Source: a virus
UHGV virus genome: UHGV-0112844
Strand: one strand, 5' to 3'
DNA: 32,667 nucleotides
Part shown: one piece after another, positions 9,852 to 18,100 of the stretch
How the letters are laid out: the number at the start of each line of letters is the position of its first letter
Position numbering within the stretch: the first letter of the stretch is position 1
The notes under the pieces: model-generated
The model's input: only the letters and a program-made list of their open reading frames with translations
What the model was told of the DNA's origin: nothing
Databases searched by the model: none
Program-made: the position numbers and the translations under genes

Positions 9852-9876
9852 TAAAGCCCGTAAGGGCTTTATTTTT
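9852..9876. terminator. bidirectional rho-independent terminator
   Basis: Hairpin AAAGCCCGtaaGGGCTTT with an A-run before it and a T-run after it. It lies between convergent gpG and silent cassette A. Confidence 0.6.
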
Positions 9877-9913
9877 AATAACCCATTCCAGTCAGGTTCG
9901 CTACCGGATTAAT

Positions 9914-10283
9914 TTAAAAACCTATTGCAAACCACGTAAACATACGGGAGTTACCAGGCAGCGTATCATCAAGGAAAAACTGAGCATTAGCGCCGGTTTT
10001 CGTTGGGTAGCCGACTGAAACAGCTTGCCTTAAAGTTCTATACGATGGCACATAATCATAATTTGATGCCCTTACGCCTGCGCTTGAATATACACCGAAG
10101 CAAGCCGCCGGGAACGCGACAGGAAACGTAATATCACAATTATATGTAGTGCTTGTTACGCCTCCCTCCCATCGCCCCACTGCACTATTAACATAACACC
10201 GCCGGTTAGCGGGAATTTCGCCCAGCCGCTGTTAGACAAAACGCCGCTCGCTGCTGCGAGTTTTGCCGCTTCTCCCAAACGAA
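9914..10283 (-). pseudogene. silent alternative tail-fibre C-terminal cassette A, disrupted by a frameshift
   Basis: In frame with the crossover site it reads …LGEAAKLAAASGVLSNSGWAKFPLTGGVMLIVQWGDGREA* and stops. The homologous continuation (GGVTSTTYNCDITFPVAFP…WFAIGF*) is in another frame from about 10180 (GTG-start ORF 9914..10180). Other cassettes are co-linear (…QWG…FPIAFP…AIGY). Confidence 0.65.
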
Positions 10284-10295
10284 CGTTTTAACTAT
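10270..10295 (-). other. inverted crossover site A
   Basis: TTGCCGCTTCTCCCAAACG AA CGTTTTA is the reverse complement of the H site, with the core dinucleotide preserved. Confidence 0.7.
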
Positions 10296-10659
10296 CTCCC
10301 TATTGCTAAAAGGCGCGTACCGCCGTTATTAGCTGTTGATAAATTTCTGAGTAAAATTGACTTCTTAGCATCAGTTACAGAAGCTGCATCTATGGCAATG
10401 GATATAGGTGTCGTTCCATTGGCGGCGGCAGCGGGAGCCGCAACCACAAACATCATCGCGTTAGGGAAAGTGATCGGATAAATTACTTCAAGCGCCCCAC
10501 CTGCCGGTATTCCGTTAACCCCAGCACATTGGATAATTATCCCGTTTGGAAGTTTGCAATAACCACTAACCCCGCTAAAAGCGTTAGCGAAAAAGCTCAT
10601 ATCCGGCAGCTGGTTGGCTGCCGTCCCAACTTCCCTTTTTGCCGCTTCCCCCAAACGAA
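10292..10659 (-). CDS. silent alternative tail-fibre C-terminal cassette B (promoterless, begins at crossover site)
   Basis: Reads (LRL)[25 protein letters not shown]…YPITFPNAMMF…LLAIGR*. It is homologous to cassette D and to the gpH C-terminal architecture. Confidence 0.7.
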
Positions 10660-10671
10660 CGTTATTTGCTT
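10646..10671 (-). other. inverted crossover site B
   Basis: TTGCCGCTTCCCCCAAACG AA CGTTATT. Confidence 0.7.
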
Positions 10672-11031
10672 AATATCCTATGGCTATAAACCGGAATGAC
10701 ACGTTTGCATTTAACGCATTTAGAACGGCTCCAGCCTGAGATAACTTAACCGCTCTTGTAGTAAAAGTTGAAAGGGTTGCAGGCGCTGCAGAACCAAACC
10801 CAACGCCAGCATCCTCAGGATTATTATGCGTAACATATACTTGTGCAAACACGGATGGGAACGCTACAGGAAGCGAAGATGTGTAGACCTCTCCACTACC
10901 TGCTGTATTAACAGCACCTTGCCCCCATTGAAGAATTAAATTTTTGTTACCACTCATCGGGATTTTGGCCCATCCGTTATAGCCAATAACACCGCTAACA
11001 GCTGGCAGCGTTGCCGCTTCCCCCAAACGAA
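10670..11031 (-). CDS. silent alternative tail-fibre C-terminal cassette C
   Basis: Reads GEAATLPAVSGVIGYNGWAKIPMSGNKNLILQWG…LPVAFP…FIAIGY*. It has the same GW-K-P…QWG…FP-AFP…AIGY skeleton as the resident gpH tip. Confidence 0.7.
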
Positions 11032-11043
11032 CGTTTAATACCC
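11018..11043 (-). other. inverted crossover site C
   Basis: TTGCCGCTTCCCCCAAACG AA CGTTTAA. It abuts or overlaps the stop codon of cassette D. Confidence 0.7.
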
Positions 11044-11393
11044 TATAGCCATCCAGTAAATAGAATTGGAGGTAGGAGTAACGTAAGTAAATCTGGCCTT
11101 AGTTGTAGACGTATTGCCAATATCGAATCCAGTAAAACGCATGGATGGATCGTTTGTAGACATTAAAGCGCTGAGATGTCTGAATGCAGTAGGGAATGCA
11201 ATTGGGAAAGAAATGTCAGTGGTTCCTACTGCCCCAGATGTGCCGTTGACGTTAAGCGCCCCCCATTGAATGATCAGCCCAGTCGGTAATTTTTGATACC
11301 CATTGAAACCTAAAGAACCGGCAAAGTTGCTCATATCAGGAAGCTGGTTTGCACCATTGCCGACCCCCCGTTTAGCTGCTTCCCCCAAACGAA
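11035..11393 (-). CDS. silent alternative tail-fibre C-terminal cassette D
   Basis: Translation from the site reads [27 protein letters not shown]…ISFPIAFP…WMAIGY*. Confidence 0.7.
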
Positions 11394-11405
11394 GGTTTTT
11401 TCTTC
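11380..11405 (-). other. inverted crossover site D (right boundary of invertible region)
   Basis: CTGCTTCCCCCAAACG AA GGTTTTT. Like the H site, its outer arm diverges (ACCTT rather than AACGTT). Confidence 0.65.
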
Positions 11406-11513
11406 ACCACGGTCATGATTGTCCGTGTTGGCCATTCTCTGCAGTACAGTCAGAAATGACCATGCTCGATAAAATGGTGGCATCATTCACCACTTTTTTA
11501 TGGGCGAAAAATC

Positions 11514-12101
11514 ATGCAAATCGGTTACGTGAGGGTGTCAACAAATGACCAAAACACGGCTTTACAACGAAATGCGCTGGAGTGCGCAGGATGTGAGCTG
11601 ATATTTGAGGACAAAATGAGCGGAAAAACCTCAGATCGGCCAGGGCTAAAGAAGGTCCTGCGCACACTCTCAGAAGGTGACACGCTGGTAGTTTGGAAGC
11701 TGGACAGATTAGGCAGGAGTATGCGGCATCTTGTTACTCTGATTGAAGACCTGCGAGGGAGAGGAGTAAATTTCCGCAGCCTGACAGATAGCATTGATAC
11801 ATCAACTCCGATGGGGCGTTTCTTTTTCCATGTTATGGGTGCCCTGGCAGAAATGGAGCGAGAGCTGATCGTAGAGCGAACCCGTGCCGGGCTGGCTGTA
11901 GCGCGTGCGCAAGGGAGGATTGGTGGCCGACGGCCAAAGCTATCAGAGGATGAGTGGGCGCAGATTGGCCGGTTGCTGGCTGCCGGAGAAACGCGAAAAC
12001 GCGTTGCTCTGATTTTTGATGTGGGTATATCAACGCTGTACCGCAAATTTCCCGCGTCTGCCGTGGCGCCATTGTCTGAACGCTCAGACACTCCTGTATA
12101 A
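11514..12101 (+). CDS. serine recombinase, Gin/Hin/Cin/Pin-family DNA invertase
   Basis: MQIGYVRVSTNDQNTALQRNAL… closely matches the Gin N-terminal catalytic domain (the position of Ser-10). 195 aa with a C-terminal HTH. It lies immediately downstream of the invertible cassettes, as in Mu G/gin. Confidence 0.92.
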   Translation: MQIGYVRVSTNDQNTALQRNALECAGCELIFEDKMSGKTSDRPGLKKVLRTLSEGDTLVVWKLDRLGRSMRHLVTLIEDLRGRGVNFRSLTDSIDTSTPMGRFFFHVMGALAEMERELIVERTRAGLAVARAQGRIGGRRPKLSEDEWAQIGRLLAAGETRKRVALIFDVGISTLYRKFPASAVAPLSERSDTPV

Positions 12102-12159
12102 ATGAACATGATTTCTCATTTATGTAACCTGAAATCAGGCACATAAGAGAGGCAAGGCT

Positions 12160-12912
12160 ATGCAAAAAGCAGTTATTGGCGCGGCAACTATTTACTGTGG
12201 TGACAGCCTGGAAATTTTGCGCGAACTCACTGGCGAATTTGATGCAGTGATTACTGATCCGCCTTATTCCAGCGGTGGTATGACGCGCAGTGATCGGCAG
12301 GCTAAACCCTCCGGGAAGTATGTAGGCAATAACAACTACCATGAGTTTTTCGGCGATAACAGAGACGTGCGCTCCTGGGCGTTCTGGATGACGCAGTGGA
12401 TGAGTCAGGTTAACCGCCTGGTTAAGTCAGGCGGCTATGCCATGGTTTTCACTGACTGGCGGCAGCTTCCAACGCTTACTGACGTTTTCCAGGCTGGCGG
12501 TTTTGTGTGGCGGGGGCTGATTCCGTGGGATAAAACGCTTTCAACGCGTGCGCCTCATACCGGTTATTTTCGTCATCAGTGCGAATACGTGGTTTGGGGA
12601 AGTAACGGACCATTGCCTAAAAGTCTGCATGGTGGACCCTGGCCGGGCATGGTAACTCGTCGGGTTATTCCGTCTCAAAAACTCCATATGACCGGCAAAC
12701 CGATTGAGCTTATGGAGAGCCTGGTTGCTCCCGTTCCTCCTGGCGGCCATATTCTTGATCCATTTATGGGGAGTGCATCAACTGGCGTTGCTGCGCTGAG
12801 GAAGGGATACAAATTTACCGGGATTGAAATGAGCCAGCAGTATTTTGATATCTCATGCGAACGCCTGGAAAAAGAAAACGCAGATATCCGCGCGGGCGTA
12901 TTGTGTGATTAA
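12160..12912 (+). CDS. DNA methyltransferase, beta-class N6-adenine/N4-cytosine (N6_N4_Mtase family), orphan
   Basis: Motif IV DPPY at aa 33-36 precedes motif I FMGSASTG at about aa 195. This IV-before-I order defines the beta class. No nuclease partner is adjacent. It sits in the Z/fun position between G/invertase and FI. Confidence 0.85.
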   Translation: MQKAVIGAATIYCGDSLEILRELTGEFDAVITDPPYSSGGMTRSDRQAKPSGKYVGNNNYHEFFGDNRDVRSWAFWMTQWMSQVNRLVKSGGYAMVFTDWRQLPTLTDVFQAGGFVWRGLIPWDKTLSTRAPHTGYFRHQCEYVVWGSNGPLPKSLHGGPWPGMVTRRVIPSQKLHMTGKPIELMESLVAPVPPGGHILDPFMGSASTGVAALRKGYKFTGIEMSQQYFDISCERLEKENADIRAGVLCD

Positions 12913-12919
12913 GGGAACA
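12902..12919 (+). promoter_or_regulatory. Ogr-type late promoter box TGT-N12-ACA (PF-like) overlapping MTase stop codon
   Basis: TGTgtgattaagggaACA lies about 75 bp upstream of FI. Confidence 0.55.
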
Positions 12920-12992
12920 ATGCCGCGTAGCTGTTTGCGCGGCCCATTCAATTCACCATAGGGCGAAACCTAAACACCGGAGGGTTCGCCGT

Positions 12993-14165
12993 ATGGCTCA
13001 GGATTATCACCACGGTGTGCGCGTCGTTGAGGTCAACGATGGCACCCGCCCCATTTCAACAGTAAGCACGGCAATTGTCGGTATGGTCTGTACCGGCGAT
13101 GATGCAGATGCGTCCGTGTTCCCCCTCAATAAGCCGGTCCTGCTCACCGACGTGCTGACCGCCAGCGGTAAAGCAGGCGAGTCCGGCACGCTGGCTCGCT
13201 CGCTGGATGCAATTGCCGACCAGGCTAAACCCGTGACCGTTGTTGTGCGCGTTGCACAGGGTGAAACCGAAGCGGAAACAACTTCCAACATTATCGGCGG
13301 CGTGACAACTGACGGTAAAAAAACGGGCATGAAAGCGCTGTTATCTGCGCAGTCCCAGCTCGGCGTTAAGCCGCGCATACTTGGCGTGCCGGGGCATGAC
13401 ACGCAGGCGGTTGCCACTGAGCTGCTGAGCGTGGCGCAGAGTCTGCGCGGCTTCGCCTATCTGTCAGCCTACGGCTGCAAAACGGTAGAGGAGGCCATTG
13501 CCTACCGCGCTAATTTCAGCCAGCGCGAGGGGATGCTGATCTGGCCTGATTTCATCAGTTTTGACACCGTGCTGAACGCTGACGCAACGGCTTACGCCTC
13601 AGCCCGTGCGCTTGGCCTGCGTGCCAAAATTGACGAACAGACCGGCTGGCACAAATCCCTGTCCAACGTAGGCGTGAACGGCGTCACCGGCATTTCTGCT
13701 GATGTGTTCTGGGATTTGCAGGACCCGGCAACCGATGCGGGGCTGCTGAACCAGAATGATGTCACCACGCTGATCCGCAAAGACGGTTTCCGCTTCTGGG
13801 GTTCCCGCTGCCTCAGTGACGATCCTCTGTTTGCCTTTGAAAACTACACCCGCACCGCTCAGGTACTGGCTGACACCATCGCAGAAGCGCACATGTGGGC
13901 GGTGGATGGCGTGCTTAACCCGTCGCTGGCCCGCGACATTATCGAAGGTATTCGCGCCAAACTGCGCAACCTGAAAACGCAGGGCTACATCATCGGCGCC
14001 GACTGCTGGCTGGATGAGTCCGTAAACGATAAAGATTCCCTGAAAGCCGGGAAGCTCACTATCGATTACGACTATACGCCGGTACCGCCTCTGGAAAACC
14101 TGATGCTGCGCCAGCGCATCACCGATCAGTATCTGCTGGATTTCTCCAGCCAGGTAAGCGCGTAA
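12993..14165 (+). CDS. FI: tail sheath protein gpFI
   Basis: 390 aa at the synteny position. Size matches the P2 contractile sheath protein. Confidence 0.9.
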   Translation: MAQDYHHGVRVVEVNDGTRPISTVSTAIVGMVCTGDDADASVFPLNKPVLLTDVLTASGKAGESGTLARSLDAIADQAKPVTVVVRVAQGETEAETTSNIIGGVTTDGKKTGMKALLSAQSQLGVKPRILGVPGHDTQAVATELLSVAQSLRGFAYLSAYGCKTVEEAIAYRANFSQREGMLIWPDFISFDTVLNADATAYASARALGLRAKIDEQTGWHKSLSNVGVNGVTGISADVFWDLQDPATDAGLLNQNDVTTLIRKDGFRFWGSRCLSDDPLFAFENYTRTAQVLADTIAEAHMWAVDGVLNPSLARDIIEGIRAKLRNLKTQGYIIGADCWLDESVNDKDSLKAGKLTIDYDYTPVPPLENLMLRQRITDQYLLDFSSQVSA

Positions 14166-14174
14166 GGGGACAAT

Positions 14175-14690
14175 ATGGCTTTACCACGCAAGTTAAAACA
14201 CCTGAACCTGTTTAACGACGGGAATAACTATCAGGGGATCGTTGAGTCCCTGACCCTGCCTAAATTCGGCCGCAAGTTTGAAAAGTATCGCGGCGGCGGT
14301 ATGCCCGGTTCGGCTGATGTTGATCTGGGGCTGGATGATGGCGCGCTGGACACGGAATTTTCAATTGGTGGCACTGAACTGCTGTTATTCAAACAGATGG
14401 GTAAAGCCACTGTTGACGGTATCCAGCTGCGTTTCACCGGCTCCATTCAGCGTGACGATACCGGCGAAGTGCAGGCCGTTGAGCTGGTTGTGCGCGGGCG
14501 ACATAAAGAAGTCGATTCCGGCGAATGGAAAACCGGCGAGAGCAACACCACAAAAGTCAGCAGCACCAACAGCTACGCGAAGCTGACCATTAACGGCGAG
14601 GTGCTCTATGAGGTTGATGTGATCAACATGATTGAAATCGTTGATGGCGTGGACCTGATGGAAGAACACCGCAACGCCCTGGGCCTCTGA
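14175..14690 (+). CDS. FII: tail tube protein gpFII
   Basis: 171 aa immediately after the sheath gene. Confidence 0.9.
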   Translation: MALPRKLKHLNLFNDGNNYQGIVESLTLPKFGRKFEKYRGGGMPGSADVDLGLDDGALDTEFSIGGTELLLFKQMGKATVDGIQLRFTGSIQRDDTGEVQAVELVVRGRHKEVDSGEWKTGESNTTKVSSTNSYAKLTINGEVLYEVDVINMIEIVDGVDLMEEHRNALGL

Positions 14691-14738
14691 TCTACTTTAA
14701 AGGCGCGGGCAGCCGCGCCAGTACCTTATTAACAGGAA

Positions 14739-15047
14739 ATGACAATGAGCGAACAACTGACTGAAAAAACCGTACAGCTGGACACCCCAATCAAACGCGG
14801 TAAAACCGAAATTGCCGAAATTGTGCTGCGCAAGCCGCAGTCCGGCGCGCTGCGTGGCACCCGTCTGCAGGCGATCATGGATATGGACGTCGGCGCGATG
14901 ATGACGATTATTCCCCGCATCTCCACGCCCGCGCTGACCGCTCAGGAAATGGCTGAAATGGACCCCGCAGATCTCACCGCGCTGTCGGTTGAGGTGGTCA
15001 CTTTTTTGTTGAAGAAATCGGTGCTTGCCGGTTTGCCGACAGCCTGA
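14739..15047 (+). CDS. E: tail assembly chaperone gpE
   Basis: 102 aa upstream of the tape measure. It contains the slippery TTTTTTG site near its 3' end. Confidence 0.8.
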   Translation: MTMSEQLTEKTVQLDTPIKRGKTEIAEIVLRKPQSGALRGTRLQAIMDMDVGAMMTIIPRISTPALTAQEMAEMDPADLTALSVEVVTFLLKKSVLAGLPTA

Positions 15048-15181
15048 CGGTAGAAGACCTGGTGGCTGATATCGCCACCATTTTTCACTGGCCGCCGTCC
15101 GTCACTGACGTTATGCCGCTGACCGAAGTGCTGGAGTGGCGGCATAAAGCGATTCAGAGAAGCGGGGCCAGCGATGAGTGA
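14739..15181 (+). CDS. E': gpE' (E+E' fusion produced by programmed -1 ribosomal frameshift at T TTT TTG 15002..15008)
   Basis: The -1 frame is open from the slip site to a TGA at 15179..15181, reading …FFVEEIGACRFADSLTVEDL…KAIQRSGASDE*. It overlaps the T start at 15174, as in P2. Confidence 0.7.
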
Positions 15182-18100
15182 CACTAACCTGCGTTTGCAG
15201 GTAATTCTAAATGCGGTTGATAAGCTCACCCGCCCATTCAGATCAGCGCAGGCCAGCTCTAAAGAGCTGGCTACCGCCATTCAGCAAAGCCGCGCAAGAT
15301 TAAAAGAACTGGACGCCCAGGCGGGCCGTATTGACGGTTTCCGCAAGGCAAGCGCGCAGCTCGCCGTCACCGGCAACAGTCTTAAAGCCGCACGAGAAGA
15401 AGCGGCGAAACTTGCCACGCAGTTCTCGGCCACTAACCGCCCGACGGCGGCGCAGGCTCGTCTGCTTGAGCAGGCAAAAAACCGCGTTAACGAGCTGCAG
15501 AGCAAATATAACGGCCTGCGTCAGTCGGTGCAGCGTCAGCGTCTTGCGCTCAATGAGGCCGGGCTGGACACCAAAAAGCTGAGCAGTGCACAGCGGGAGC
15601 TGCGGCAGAATGCCGACGAAACCCGGCAGGCCCTGGACCGACAGCAGAAATCCCTTAAACGCCTGGGCGAGCAGCAGGCCCGAATGAACGCCGTCCGCGA
15701 TCAGTATTCCCGGCGTCTTGAGGTGCGGGATCGTATCGCGGGCGCCGGAGCAACGACTACTGCCGCCGGGCTGGCAATGGGCGCGCCGGTGATGGCAGCC
15801 GTTAAAAGCTATGCCAGCATGGAAGATGCGATGAAAGGCGTGGCAAAGCAGGTTAACGGGCTGCGGGACGACAACGGCAACCGCACAAAACAGTTTTACG
15901 ATATGCAGGATGCCATCAAGGCCGCCAGTGAACAGCTGCCGATGGAGAATGGCGCAATTGATTATGCCGCGCTGGTTGAAGGTGGCGCTCGCATGGGCGT
16001 GACAAACCAGAACGATTCTTACGAAGACCAGAAGCGTGACCTGCTGGCCTTTGCATCCACTGCAGCAAAGGCCGCAACGGCATTCGAGCTGCCCGCTGAT
16101 GAGCTGGCGGAGGGGCTGGGTAAAATCGCGCAGCTGTATAAAGTGCCGACCCGAAATATTGAACAGCTTGGCGATGCCCTGAACTACCTGGACGATAACG
16201 CCATGTCTAAGGGCGGCGATATCATCAATGTGCTGCAGCGTATGGGCGGCGTGGCTGACCGGCTTGATTTCCGCAAGGCGGCCGCGCTGGGTTCCACCTT
16301 CCTGTCTCTGGGCGCCGCGCCTGAAATTGCCGCCAGCGCATCAAATGCGATGGTGCGCGAACTGTCGATTGCAACCATGCAGAGCAAGCGGTTCATGGAA
16401 GGTATGGATCTGCTGAAACTCAATCCAGAAGAGATTGAAAAGCAGATGACAAAGGACGCAATGGGGACCATTCAGCGCGTGCTGGAGAAGGTCAACAAAC
16501 TGCCGCAGGACAAGCGCCTGTCCGCCATGACGATGATATTTGGCAAGGAGTTTGGCGATGATGCGGCGAAGCTTGCAAACAACCTGCCGGAGCTGCAGCG
16601 ACAGCTGAAACTTACCTCAGGCTCTGAGGCTAACGGCTCCATGCAGAAAGAATCCGATATCAATAAGGATTCACTTTCCGCGCAGTGGTTGCTTGTTAAA
16701 ACGGGCGCGCAGAATGCTTTCAGTAGCCTGGGTGAAACCCTGCGCCAGCCGCTGATGGATATCATGGGGTACGTCAAAAGCGTTACCGGGGCACTGCGTC
16801 GATGGGTTGAGGCTAACCCGCAGCTGGCGGGCACGCTGATGAAAGTGGCGGCGGCCGCTGCTGCGATCACCGTTGTACTCGGCACGCTGGCGGTAGCCGT
16901 GGCTGCCGTGCTGGGGCCACTGGCGGTGATCCGTTTAGGCCTGTCCGTGCTGGGTGTAAAAACACTCCCCTCCGTTATGTCTGCAGTGACCCGCACCGGC
17001 GGTGCGCTGTCCTGGCTGGCGAATGCGCCGCTTTCCCTGTTGCGCCGTGGCATGGCGGCATCCGGTAGCAGCACCGGATTGCTGACGACTCCCCTAAACT
17101 CCCTGCGACGTTCTGCCGGGCTGGCTGGCAATGCGCTGAAAGCGCTGGCCGGTGCACCGCTTGCTGTTCTTCGCAGCGGAATGTCTGGTATTCGCAACAT
17201 TATCGGCATGGTAATGAATCCGTTGACCGCGTTGCGCGGGGGATTATCCGCAGCCGGTGGCGTGCTGCGTTTTCTGGCGTCCGGCCCGCTGGCCCTCCTT
17301 CGCGTTGCGCTGTACGGGATTTCTGGATTGCTGGGCGCCCTGCTTAGTCCGATAGGTCTGGTCGTGGCGGCGCTGGCTGGCGTGGCGCTGGTTGTCTGGA
17401 AATACTGGCAGCCGATAAGCGCATTTTTAGGCGGAGTGGTTGAAGGATTCAAAGCTGCAGCTGCGCCTATCAGTGCGGCGTTTGAGCCACTGCAGCCTGT
17501 TTTCCAGTGGATAGGTGACAAGGTCCAGGCGTTATGGGGCTGGTTTACTGATCTGCTGACGCCGGTTAAATCCACCTCTGCAGAACTGCAAAGCGCAGCG
17601 TCGATGGGGCGGCAGTTTGGCGAAGCGCTGGCGGCAGGGCTGAACATGGTCATGCACCCGCTGGATTCGCTTAAATCGGGCGTGTCCTGGCTGCTTGAAA
17701 AACTCGGCATTGTCAGCAAGGAGGCGGCCAAAGCGAAGCTTCCTGAACAGGTCACGCGGCAGCAGCCAGCTACGGTCAACAGAGACGGTAAAGTGGTGCT
17801 GCCGCCTGGCGGATTCCCGACGATGGGTTTTGCTGGAATGTACGACAGCGGCGGTACCATTCCGCGCGGCCAGTTCGGCATCGTGGGCGAGAATGGCCCA
17901 GAGATTGTTAACGGACCCGCCAATGTCACCGGCAGGAAACGGACTGCTGATCTGGCGAGGGTGGCGGCAACGCTCAATCCTTCCCGGACGGAACCGGCCA
18001 GCGCTAAACAACGTCCTGAACGCGGGATAGTTCTGCCGCCTGATAGTGTGAACGGTCCGGCAAATATTCCGGTAATCAATAGCACTACTGAACTGGTGAA

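Noticed and set aside
10261-11400. Four copies of TTGCCGCTTC(C/T)CCCAAACGAA(C/G)GTT at ~370-bp spacing looked superficially like a CRISPR-like or REP array
   Set aside because: The spacers are homologous coding cassettes. The repeat encodes a conserved peptide (LRLGEAAK) shared with gene H, and a Gin-type invertase is adjacent. These are recombination sites, not CRISPR repeats.
11400-11513. Weak hairpin GGTG…CACC followed by T-run before the invertase gene, considered as a terminator
   Set aside because: The stem is only 4-5 bp, with an equally plausible promoter or enhancer interpretation. Not enough evidence to call.
14702-14719. GGCGCGGgcagCCGCGCC hairpin between FII and E considered as terminator
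   Set aside because: It has no T-run. At most it is a partial attenuator. P2 FI-FII-E-T are co-transcribed.
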